DNA of 64,000 nt from Bacteroidota bacterium (GTDB lineage Bacteria > Bacteroidota > Bacteroidia > UBA7662): the NCBI GenBank assembly GCA_036787895.1, contig DAIQOK010000018.1, forward strand, positions 2,071 through 66,070, in the 5' to 3' direction. Every line of letters begins with the position of its first letter. Position 1 is the first letter of the stretch. Both the position numbers and the translations under genes were made by a program. A model generated the notes under the pieces. That model did not search any database and was not told the origin of the DNA. It saw only the letters and a program-made list of their open reading frames with translations. Shown one piece after another: positions 18,873-27,739 of this stretch.

Positions 18873-20267
18873 ATGGCGCTACTCAACGACCCCAAACAAA
18901 TCCGTGCCTGGTGCATGTACGATTGGGCCAATTCGGTCTATAATCTCTCGATTACCACTGCAATTTTCCCGATTTATTACAACGCCGTTACTCAATCGGC
19001 AGCCATTAAAGCCGGGGCTTCAGCTACCGACGACCATTTTTACATCAATATTTTTGGCCGGGATGTGGTGAATACGGCTGCATACAGTTATTCGCTGTCG
19101 ATTGCGTATTTGCTGGTCGCTTTTGTCACACCCTTGTTGAGCGGTATGGCCGATTATGGTGGACTCAAGAAGCGAATGTTGGGCATTTTTGCACTTATTG
19201 GCTCGTTGAGTTGTGCTTCGATGTACTTTTTTACCGACCAAAACGTGCAGCTCGGTCTGATTTTGTTCATGATGGCCGCTTTTGGTTGGGCGGGAAGCGT
19301 GATTTATTACAATTCTTTCCTCCCCGAAATTGTTACTGAAGATCGTTACGACGAGGTGAGCGCCCGAGGCTATGCCTATGGCTACAGTGGCAGTATTATT
19401 CTGTTGGTAGCCCAATTGGTGGTGATTATGTTTCCTGGTATTTTGTTCGATGTAGAAGCCAAAGCAACGGCTTTTTTGGCAGAGGGCATGGAAGCTCCGG
19501 AAGCCATTGCCGCGGCCAAAAGTTATTATTCAGGCTTAACTACCCGCTGGTCGTTTGTAACCGTGGGCATTTGGTGGATAGGTTTTGCTCAGATCACTCT
19601 TTTCCGTTTGCCCAAAGAAAAGGCTCTGGGGAAACTCCGAAGTGGTTTATTGGCCAATGGTTTTCGTGAATTAAAAAAGGTCTGGAACGAACTGAAAGGC
19701 CTGCCTAAAATTCGCACTTATTTGTTGGCCTTCTTTTTTACCAGTGCCGGTTTACAAACCGTCATGTATCTCGCCACGCTTTTTGGATCCGACGAACTCA
19801 AACTCAGCACCGATAAGCTGATAGCCACCGTACTGATTATTCAGTTTATCGGGATAGCAGGGGCCTTTTTGTTTTCTGGCATATCCAACCGTATGGGCAA
19901 CATTTATACGCTGCTCATTGGCATTGTCATCTGGATGGGCATCTGTGTTTCGGCTTATTTGGTCGACCATGAATACGAATTTTATGCGCTGGCCGCTGTA
20001 GTAGGGGTGGTTATGGGTGGCATGCAGGCCTTATTACGAAGCACTTACGCCAAACTCATACCCGATGAAACACCTAACCACGCGAGTTACTTTTCTTTCT
20101 ACGATGTGACCGAAAAACTTGCCATCGTATTCGGTACTTTTGCATTTGGTTTTATCAACGAAATGACCGGTACCATGCGGAATTCGGCCCTTAGCCTGGC
20201 CATCTTTTTTGTGGTGGGGATTTTGTTGATGCGCCGCATCCCGAACTTTAAAATACACAAGGGCTAA
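18873..20267 (+). CDS. MFS transporter, UMF1 (Atg22-like) family
   Basis: The N-terminus has AWCMYDWANSVY, typical of UMF1. There are about 12 hydrophobic segments. Confidence 0.8.
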   Translation: MALLNDPKQIRAWCMYDWANSVYNLSITTAIFPIYYNAVTQSAAIKAGASATDDHFYINIFGRDVVNTAAYSYSLSIAYLLVAFVTPLLSGMADYGGLKKRMLGIFALIGSLSCASMYFFTDQNVQLGLILFMMAAFGWAGSVIYYNSFLPEIVTEDRYDEVSARGYAYGYSGSIILLVAQLVVIMFPGILFDVEAKATAFLAEGMEAPEAIAAAKSYYSGLTTRWSFVTVGIWWIGFAQITLFRLPKEKALGKLRSGLLANGFRELKKVWNELKGLPKIRTYLLAFFFTSAGLQTVMYLATLFGSDELKLSTDKLIATVLIIQFIGIAGAFLFSGISNRMGNIYTLLIGIVIWMGICVSAYLVDHEYEFYALAAVVGVVMGGMQALLRSTYAKLIPDETPNHASYFSFYDVTEKLAIVFGTFAFGFINEMTGTMRNSALSLAIFFVVGILLMRRIPNFKIHKG

Positions 20268-20269
20268 GC

Positions 20270-20995
20270 ATGCAAATCGACTTGTTCGTACCCTGTTTTG
20301 TAGACCAAGTCTACCCGGATACCGCATTTAACGCCATCAAGGTGCTCGAAAAACTGGGTTGTGAGGTTTTTTACAACGAAAATCAGACTTGTTGCGGTCA
20401 GCCAGCATTCAACGCCGGTTTTTGGGACGAAGCCAAAGAGGTAGGTGAAAAATGTCTGCACGATTTTCCGAACAACCGCCCGGTGGTGGTTTTGTCGAGT
20501 TCCTGTGCCGGTATGGTCAAAAACTATTACCACGACCTCTTTCACAACTCAGCGGTACACAACAATTGGAAGCAGTTGCAGCGCAATACCTTTGAGTTTT
20601 CGGAGTTTGTCTTCAAATTCCTCGACATCAGCAAACTCCCATCAGTTTTCGAACACAAAGTCACTTACCACGATGCCTGTTCGGCCTTACGGGAGTGCGG
20701 TATACATGCCGAACCACGCCAATTACTCAAAAAAGTAACAGGTTTGCAATTGACCGAAATCAAGGACAATACCGTTTGTTGTGGTTTTGGCGGCACTTTC
20801 GCTGTCAAATATGAACCCATTTCGGTGGGTATGGCAGAACAAAAGTGTCAGCATGCCCTTGACACAGGAGCTGAAATCCTCGTTTCGGCCGATTTATCCT
20901 GTTTAATGCATTTAGAAGGTTATATTCAAAAAAATAAACTTCCACTCCGCACCATGCACATCGCTGATGTACTGGCCAGTGGATGGGAAGCCTGA
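20270..20995 (+). CDS. (Fe-S)-binding CCG-domain oxidoreductase, LutA-like
   Basis: MQIDLFVPCFVDQ N-terminus. There are two CCG motifs (QTCCGQP and TVCCGFGG). Confidence 0.8.
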   Translation: MQIDLFVPCFVDQVYPDTAFNAIKVLEKLGCEVFYNENQTCCGQPAFNAGFWDEAKEVGEKCLHDFPNNRPVVVLSSSCAGMVKNYYHDLFHNSAVHNNWKQLQRNTFEFSEFVFKFLDISKLPSVFEHKVTYHDACSALRECGIHAEPRQLLKKVTGLQLTEIKDNTVCCGFGGTFAVKYEPISVGMAEQKCQHALDTGAEILVSADLSCLMHLEGYIQKNKLPLRTMHIADVLASGWEA

Positions 20996-20999
20996 GCTT

Positions 21000-22091
21000 A
21001 TGGAGAAAGACGCTATTTACCTATCCGATCAACAATTGTGGGCATTTGTCAGCGAAGTTTTCCTGCGTATGGGCCACAGTCCAGAAGATGCCTATCTCGC
21101 TACCGATGTTTTGCTGGAAGCAGATCTGCGTGGCATCGACTCGCACGGCATCGCCCGTTTGCTGGGGTATGTACGTTTGTGGGAAGCCGGCCGTGTTAAC
21201 ACCCGACCTAACATCCGCCTCGTTCGTGAAGCAACTGCCGCGGCTACGGTAGATGGTGATGGTGGCCTTGGCTTGATTGTGGCTCCCCGCGCCATGGACA
21301 TTGCGATTAAAAAAGCAGCAGCCACCGGTGTGGGTATGATCAGTATCTGTAATTCCAACCACTTCGGCATCGCTGCCTATCACGCTTTGAAAGCGGTACC
21401 TCACCACATGATTGGTATGGCAATGACTAATGCCAGTCCTTTGGTTGCGCCTACGCACAGCAAGGAAAAGTTACTCGGCACCAATCCGCATTGCTGGGTT
21501 TTCCCCACCCGGCAGTTCGACCCGCTGGTCTTCGATATGGCTTCTTCAGCTGCGGCCAATGGCAAACTCGAAATGGCCGAAAGGGCTGGCAAACCCATAC
21601 CCGAGGGTTGGGCAATTGATAAAGATGGGAATCCATCTACCGACCCCGGCATTTTACGCCAGGGGGGTGCTTTGTTGCCGTTGGGCAGCGATGCTGATCA
21701 TGGCAGCCACAAGGGTTACGGCATGGGTGCTATCGCCGACCTGCTGAGTGGCGTACTTTCCGGCGCCAATTTTGGACCTTGGGTGCCACCTTTTGTGAGT
21801 TTCTTGCAACCGCCTGCCGACCCGGTGGGCAAAGGCATCGGCCATTTTGTCGGTGCCCTGCGCATCGATGCCTTCCGCGAGCTCGACGAATATTACGATG
21901 CCATCGATACCTGGACCAAACGCTTCAAAAGCGCTGTGCCGAGCAATCCGGATGAACCGGTACTCGTTCATGGTGAACCGGAGATGAAACAATACCGCGA
22001 CCGCAAAAAGAATGGCATACACATCAATGAAAAGGTGTTTGCCGATATGCAAATCATCTCCGACAAGTTTAAAATCGATATCGAAGGCTAG
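21000..22091 (+). CDS. Ldh_2 family (malate/L-lactate dehydrogenase type 2) oxidoreductase
   Basis: DLRGIDSHGIARL motif and NSNHFG motif. The start is taken at ATG 21000, 4 nt after the LutA-like stop. Confidence 0.8.
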   Translation: MEKDAIYLSDQQLWAFVSEVFLRMGHSPEDAYLATDVLLEADLRGIDSHGIARLLGYVRLWEAGRVNTRPNIRLVREATAAATVDGDGGLGLIVAPRAMDIAIKKAAATGVGMISICNSNHFGIAAYHALKAVPHHMIGMAMTNASPLVAPTHSKEKLLGTNPHCWVFPTRQFDPLVFDMASSAAANGKLEMAERAGKPIPEGWAIDKDGNPSTDPGILRQGGALLPLGSDADHGSHKGYGMGAIADLLSGVLSGANFGPWVPPFVSFLQPPADPVGKGIGHFVGALRIDAFRELDEYYDAIDTWTKRFKSAVPSNPDEPVLVHGEPEMKQYRDRKKNGIHINEKVFADMQIISDKFKIDIEG

Positions 22092-22191
22092 AGCAGTCTT
22101 TGCCCGGAAGCATTGAATTTATTCCACTATTTTTGAGGCGCTTGCTCAACCAAATTAAGTGCCGATTGTAATTTTTTAAACACTATACACC

Positions 22192-22527
22192 ATGTTCGAC
22201 CTCTTTGGTATGATGGACAAAATCAACAAGCTGAAAGATGCTGTTGCCGACGTCAAAACAAAATGCGACCGTCTCACTGTTACCGCCAGCGGAGATAATG
22301 ATGCCGTGGTAGTCACTTCTACGGTGAACAAACACATTCAGTCGATCACACTGAATGCCGATTTATTGAAGCCCGAAAACAAAGTTCTGCTCGAGGAAGC
22401 TTTGCTGGCCACCGTAAACAATGCGCTGCGTGAAGCGCACCGTACCTACAAAGAAGAATTCAAAAAAGGCACCGACGGACTGATCCCGAATATTCCCGGG
22501 CTCGACCTGTCGAAATTTATGGGCTGA
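22192..22527 (+). CDS. YbaB/EbfC family nucleoid-associated protein
   Basis: 111 aa. The size and sequence pattern (SGDNDAVVVTSTVNKHIQSITLN) are typical of the family. Confidence 0.8.
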   Translation: MFDLFGMMDKINKLKDAVADVKTKCDRLTVTASGDNDAVVVTSTVNKHIQSITLNADLLKPENKVLLEEALLATVNNALREAHRTYKEEFKKGTDGLIPNIPGLDLSKFMG

Positions 22528-23009
22528 TGAGCACCCCGCTGCATCCATTTTTCACCCATTTTCCCATTGCCTTATTGGTAGTAGGACTGTTGTTTGAAAT
22601 CATCGGACTTTTGCGCAAACAACCCTTGTTTAGTGAGCTGTCGTTTTGGATGTTGCTGGGCGGCGCTGCAGGCGCAGCGCTGGCCGTGATAACCGGTGGT
22701 TGGGAAGAAGACAAATTAAAAATGTCTGATGCCTTACATGAAGCGGTAGAGCAGCATGAAACTGTCGGTTTTTTGTTTGCGTGGCTGGCAGCTGCACTTT
22801 TTGTGTGGAAGTTATTACGCAGAGCTCATATGAAAGCCAACGAGACCCGCGTATTCCTAGGCGCCTATGTCGTTACGGTCATCCTCATGTTGTACGGAGG
22901 ATGGTTGGGTGGCAAATTGGTCTATGATTATGGTGCCGGCGTGAAAGGCGTTACAATTTTAGATACCGAAAAACGTTCTGACCCGGTTCAGGACCCAACA
23001 ACTGAATAA
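22527..23009 (+). CDS. DUF2231-like membrane protein
   Basis: HPFFTHFPIAL N-terminal motif and four hydrophobic segments. The start overlaps the preceding stop (TGATG). Confidence 0.65.
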   Translation: MSTPLHPFFTHFPIALLVVGLLFEIIGLLRKQPLFSELSFWMLLGGAAGAALAVITGGWEEDKLKMSDALHEAVEQHETVGFLFAWLAAALFVWKLLRRAHMKANETRVFLGAYVVTVILMLYGGWLGGKLVYDYGAGVKGVTILDTEKRSDPVQDPTTE

Positions 23010-23016
23010 TCCTTAT

Positions 23017-24111
23017 ATGAATTGGAAATTTTGGCAGAAAAAAAAGAAGGCAGGCAAGCCCAAGACCAAACTTCGCGAATGGACAGAAGCCATCCTTTTT
23101 GCCGTCATCGCGGCTACCCTCATCCGCACCTTTATGATTGAGGCCTATACCATTCCTACCCCCTCGATGGAAAAATCGCTGATGGTAGGCGACTTCCTCT
23201 TCGTAAGTAAGCTCTCCTACGGTCCGCGCCTGCCGATGACACCATTAAGTTTTCCTTTTGCGCACAATACCATGCCTGTCATCGGTACAAAAAGTTATCT
23301 GGAATGGCTGAGTTTCGATTACAAACGTTGGCCTGGTTTCGGTAAAATCAAAAACAACGATGTGGTCGTATTCAACTATCCCATGGAAGATTTCCGGCCG
23401 GTGGACAAGCAAGACAACTACATCAAACGTTGTGTAGGCATTGCCGGCGATACGCTCGAAATCCGCAATAGGGTGGTTTATATCAATGGTAAAGCCATCG
23501 AACAGCCTGAGCGCAGTCAGTTTAAATACCACGTAAAAACCGATGGCAGCGGCTTCAATCCCAAAACCCTCGAAAAACTCGACATCACCGAAGGTGGTGC
23601 CATCTCAGCCGAAGGCGATTTTTTGTTGAATCTCACGGAAGAAAACGCAGAGAAGGTTAAAGCGTTCGCTAATGTGCAATTCATTGAATCTTACAACGCC
23701 CCGAAAAATTATTTCACGGAGGAGATTTTTCCTTTCACCAAACATTATCCCTGGAACCTCGACAATTACGGCCCCATCATACTCCCCAAAAAAGGGGTAG
23801 CCATGCCGCTCGATACGAACAACATCAACATCTACCAGCGGGCCATTGAGGTGTACGAAAAAAACAAGCTTGAAATCCGCGATGGTAAAATATACATCAA
23901 CGGGCTGGAAAGCACCTCTTATACATTCCAGATGGATTATTATTGGATGATGGGCGACAACCGCCACAATTCCTTGGACAGTCGCTATTGGGGATTTGTA
24001 CCCGAGGATCACATTGTAGGTAAAGCCGTTTTTGTCTGGCTAAGCCTCGACTACAATGCCAGTCTGCTGAATAAAATTCGTTGGAGCCGTGTCATGCGTC
24101 CTATTAATTGA
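23017..24111 (+). CDS. lepB: Signal peptidase I
   Basis: Catalytic Ser box IPTPSMEKSL, Lys box YIKRCVG and GDNRHNSLDSRYWGFV. Confidence 0.9.
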   Translation: MNWKFWQKKKKAGKPKTKLREWTEAILFAVIAATLIRTFMIEAYTIPTPSMEKSLMVGDFLFVSKLSYGPRLPMTPLSFPFAHNTMPVIGTKSYLEWLSFDYKRWPGFGKIKNNDVVVFNYPMEDFRPVDKQDNYIKRCVGIAGDTLEIRNRVVYINGKAIEQPERSQFKYHVKTDGSGFNPKTLEKLDITEGGAISAEGDFLLNLTEENAEKVKAFANVQFIESYNAPKNYFTEEIFPFTKHYPWNLDNYGPIILPKKGVAMPLDTNNINIYQRAIEVYEKNKLEIRDGKIYINGLESTSYTFQMDYYWMMGDNRHNSLDSRYWGFVPEDHIVGKAVFVWLSLDYNASLLNKIRWSRVMRPIN

Positions 24112-24182
24112 AAAGTTCACATTCAAAATTCTGAATTGAGCCGCAGAGCGACTAAAACCCGATCGTAGTGGATTCCAAATTG

Positions 24183-24210
24183 AAAGCCTGACCAAACGTC
24201 GGGCTTTTTT
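24183..24210 (+). terminator. Rho-independent terminator after lepB
   Basis: Stem aaagcctgac / gtcgggcttt (one G-U pair), loop caaac, then T6. Confidence 0.7.
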
Positions 24211-24427
24211 ATTGCCCTAAACCCCGACACCTATGGCCAAGCAAACGCCTTAGTTGGAGGAGGCGCCTTGAAGATTGTATCACCTGTCGTCATGGCGAGT
24301 TTATCGAGCCAATGTTTAACCGACAGTCGCAACCAGCCAGGGCAGGCAAACGCCCAAAACCTTCGTTTCACCAATAAAAACTGCGCCCTCTGCGCCTCTG
24401 CGTGCTATTTCCCCTTAATTTCGCGCC

Positions 24428-25453
24428 ATGATTTACCAAAACGACCTCATTCTCCGTGCCGCACGCGGCGAAAAAACCGACAGAACTCCCGTTTGGATGA
24501 TGCGTCAAGCCGGTCGTATCCTTAAAGAGTACCGAGCCGTCCGCGAACAAGCCGGCGACTTCAAAACCCTGGTCGAAACCCCAGAACTGGCTGCTGAGGT
24601 TACCATTCAACCCGTAGATATACTAGGTGTAGATGCCGCTATTATCTTCTCCGACATACTCGTCATACCCGATGCCATGGGGTGCCGTTACGAGATGATA
24701 GAAGCCCGCGGTCCGAACTTCCCGGAAGTGGTGCGCAGCATGGCCGATTTGAAAAAGATTCATATCGCTGATCCGGCAGATCTCGCCTATGTTACCGATG
24801 CTATTAACCTCACCGTTAAACAACTCGATGGCCGGGTTCCCCTCATCGGTTTTGCAGGTGCCCCCTGGACCATTTTCGCTTATATGACCGAAGGAAAAGG
24901 CAGTAAAACCTTCAGCATCGCGAAAAAGCTATTATATACCGATCCCCATTTCGCTCATGCCTTGCTCGAAATGATCACCACATCCACGATTGCCTACCTC
25001 AAAGCACAAATTGCTTCCGGGGCTGCCATGGTACAGTTGTTCGACAGCTGGGCGGGTATTTTGAGTCCAAATCAGTATGCTGAGTTTTCTTCCCGATATA
25101 TCCGGCGCATTTGTGAAGCTATTATCGAAGTACCGCTAACTGTTTTCGCTAAGGGTGCCTTTTTTGCGTTGGAAGATTTCGCTACTATGCCGTGTAATAC
25201 CATCGGCCTCGATTGGAATATGGATCCGCATGCTGCCAGGGAAAGGGTAGGTGACGGATTTACCTTGCAGGGTAATATGGACCCCTGTTTATTGTATGCC
25301 CAACCAGAGGTGATTAAAGCAGAAACGGAAAAAATGATACAGGCTTTTGGGCCACACCGGCACATCGCCAATCTCGGACATGGCGTGTATCCGGATACGC
25401 CGGTGGAGCATGTGAAGACCTTTATTGAAACTGTCAAAAATTACCGACACTAA
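24428..25453 (+). CDS. hemE: Uroporphyrinogen decarboxylase
   Basis: The N-terminus has [10 protein letters not shown], the invariant HemE motif. Length is 341 aa. Confidence 0.95.
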   Translation: MIYQNDLILRAARGEKTDRTPVWMMRQAGRILKEYRAVREQAGDFKTLVETPELAAEVTIQPVDILGVDAAIIFSDILVIPDAMGCRYEMIEARGPNFPEVVRSMADLKKIHIADPADLAYVTDAINLTVKQLDGRVPLIGFAGAPWTIFAYMTEGKGSKTFSIAKKLLYTDPHFAHALLEMITTSTIAYLKAQIASGAAMVQLFDSWAGILSPNQYAEFSSRYIRRICEAIIEVPLTVFAKGAFFALEDFATMPCNTIGLDWNMDPHAARERVGDGFTLQGNMDPCLLYAQPEVIKAETEKMIQAFGPHRHIANLGHGVYPDTPVEHVKTFIETVKNYRH

Positions 25454-25608
25454 TTTTAGATTAGAATACTGATGTCAGTCCGAGTCGAAATGACTGAAGC
25501 TGACAACTAGGAATACTTTGAATCGAACGAGGACAATCAGTGTAATATGACACAATCCGCTTTTTATACCGGATAGATTAGGGGTATCTTTGCGGAGAAT
25601 TTCAAAAC

Positions 25609-26247
25609 ATGGGTCTCTTCTTTGCTACTTTCAGCGCACTTTTTTCAGTAGTTAACCCACTGGGTGCTATGCCGGTATTTTTGGCGCTCACTTCGAACGA
25701 TTCCCCGGGATGGCGCCGGGTACAATTGCGTAAGGCAGCCATTTATCTGGCCTGTATTCTCATAGTTTTTTTTCTGATTGGCACCTACATCCTCAATTTT
25801 TTTGGCATCAGTATCGAGGGTTTGCGTATTGCGGGTGGGCTAATTATCTCAAAATCAGGGCTGGATTTATTGCGGTCGAAATCGAGCTACGCAAAGGGCC
25901 GGGCAATAACCAAAAGAGTTAAGGAAGAAGCATTACAAAAGGACGATATATCGTTTTCGCCACTGGCCATGCCTGTATTATCAGGCCCTGGTTCTATCTC
26001 TTTATTGATTAGTCTTGCGCTCGAAATATCCGCTTTCTGGGAGTATGCGGCCATAATCGGTGCTTGTATTGCTATAGCAGTGGTGACTTACCTGATATTA
26101 TTGATTTCACCAAAATTGGTGCGTTTTCTGGGTGAATCCGGTATAAGTTCTTTATCGCGTATGATGGGTTTTATTGTACTGGCTATCGGGATTCAGTTTA
26201 TCGCCAACGGGGTTGTGCCCATGTTAAAAGAAGTCTTCGCGCGTTGA
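25609..26247 (+). CDS. MarC family (UPF0056) integral membrane protein
   Basis: 212 aa with six hydrophobic segments. The N-terminal FSVVNPLGAMPVFLAL motif is present. Confidence 0.85.
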   Translation: MGLFFATFSALFSVVNPLGAMPVFLALTSNDSPGWRRVQLRKAAIYLACILIVFFLIGTYILNFFGISIEGLRIAGGLIISKSGLDLLRSKSSYAKGRAITKRVKEEALQKDDISFSPLAMPVLSGPGSISLLISLALEISAFWEYAAIIGACIAIAVVTYLILLISPKLVRFLGESGISSLSRMMGFIVLAIGIQFIANGVVPMLKEVFAR

Positions 26248-26266
26248 GCTGGTTCGATAGCACGCA

Positions 26267-26329
26267 GATTTTTATGATTTTTATAATTTAATAGGATATC
26301 TGCTAATATCATAAAAATCATATAAAATC
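26267..26329. terminator. Imperfect AT-rich inverted repeat between convergent genes (candidate bidirectional terminator)
   Basis: gatttttatgatttttata (26267-26285) pairs imperfectly with atatcataaaaatcatataaaatc (26306-26329). Confidence 0.4.
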
Positions 26330-26342
26330 CACGGTCCATCTA

Positions 26343-26966
26343 CTAATTACCAGCATAGCTGATTTTCCACGCCCCCCGCAAATCCCCCATAGCAAAACCC
26401 GTTGCCCGATCTTCCGGATAAGTGCTTTGGAGCTGAGCCAAAGTAGCCTCTGCAATGTCTTTACCCTCCTCACCATGACACTGCAAACAAAGCGGGCTGC
26501 CTATTCGAATAGCACCATACCAGATTTGATTTCCGTCTTCGTGTAATACCACTGCCGCAGGTTCTTCGCCGCGGCTAAGCTGTGTAGACCAATCCTCAAA
26601 AAGTTGTATTTCAGTGGCATTTACAGCATTCGCCGGATTACGGTAACGAACGGCGATTCGCTTTACATCAACATTATGCGTTCTGCCAAGGTCTCGGGTT
26701 AAAGTACCTGCCTGTGTTTTACAAAGGTCAATAGCATTGAGCACGCTTCCTTCAGCAATTGCTTTTTGAAGCGCTCCGGAAAGTGCCGCAAAAGCTTCCT
26801 GACTGATTTTTTTGGCTTGTTGATACACCAAAGTATCAGGCATGCCTTCACCAGAAGGTAGAGGTATCTCCTCCTCTGTTTCAATTGGTTTGTCAGTAGT
26901 AGTACAACTTGAAATAGCCATACCTATCAAGGCTGAGGCAAGCAGGAGTGAAATGAATTTTACCAT
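26343..26966 (-). CDS. DUF3365-like c-type heme protein
   Basis: Lipoprotein-like signal peptide MVKFISLLLASALIGMAISSC. A single CLQCH heme-binding motif lies near the C-terminus. The start is taken at ATG 26966. Confidence 0.7.
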   Translation of the reverse strand: MVKFISLLLASALIGMAISSCTTTDKPIETEEEIPLPSGEGMPDTLVYQQAKKISQEAFAALSGALQKAIAEGSVLNAIDLCKTQAGTLTRDLGRTHNVDVKRIAVRYRNPANAVNATEIQLFEDWSTQLSRGEEPAAVVLHEDGNQIWYGAIRIGSPLCLQCHGEEGKDIAEATLAQLQSTYPEDRATGFAMGDLRGAWKISYAGN

Positions 26967-27739
26967 TGGTTTTTTTCCTTGTTTAAAAAGGCAGCTATAC
27001 CCCGCTGACAATCAACCGTAGCTCGGGCATGGGCATTTTGTTCGGCGGCGTAGGTTAATGCATCTTCATAAGCAAGGTCCTGAACCCTTGCCAGCATTTT
27101 TTTGGTGGTGGCGAGTGACTCTGAGGAACAGTTTTCGATTAGTTTCTGAGCAAATTGATAGACCAGCCCTTCAATTTCATCGGCATTTACTACAAAATTG
27201 ATTAGGCCGTATTTCAGTGCTTCTTCAGCAGTAAGTAAATCGCCGGTAAGCAATAATTCTCTGGCGCGGCCTTCACCGATTTTACGTGTTAAAAATACCA
27301 TTACTATGGCCGGTATAAAACCAATCCGTACTTCTGTATAGCCAAATTTGGCAATGGGTACGGCAAAAGAGAAGTCGGTGAGTGTAGCTAAACCACAACC
27401 ACCGGCGATGGCCGATCCTTCTATCTGGCTGATGACTACCTTTGGTCCGCTGTAGATCAACTTATACAATTCCATGAGGTGGCTGCTGTCGGCCAGGTTC
27501 TCTTCGAAGCTGTTCGACTGCAAAGATTTCAGATAACCCAAATCGGCACCGGCACTGAATACCTCACCCCGCGCTTTGAGAACGATAATTTTGCAGTTTT
27601 TATCAGCATAAAGGGCTTCAAAAGCAACTTTGAGCTCTGCTACCAATTCGTGGTTAAAAGCATTCCGCTTTTCAGGGCGGTTAAGTACGATATAACCGAT
27701 ACGTTCGGCAACCGAACTTTCTATATAGGCATAATTCAT
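26960..27739 (-). CDS. Enoyl-CoA hydratase/isomerase family protein
   Basis: Crotonase-fold motifs are present (FSAGADL, GxAIAGG). Start ATG 27739 overlaps the comEC stop by 4 nt. Confidence 0.85.
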   Translation of the reverse strand: MNYAYIESSVAERIGYIVLNRPEKRNAFNHELVAELKVAFEALYADKNCKIIVLKARGEVFSAGADLGYLKSLQSNSFEENLADSSHLMELYKLIYSGPKVVISQIEGSAIAGGCGLATLTDFSFAVPIAKFGYTEVRIGFIPAIVMVFLTRKIGEGRARELLLTGDLLTAEEALKYGLINFVVNADEIEGLVYQFAQKLIENCSSESLATTKKMLARVQDLAYEDALTYAAEQNAHARATVDCQRGIAAFLNKEKNQW

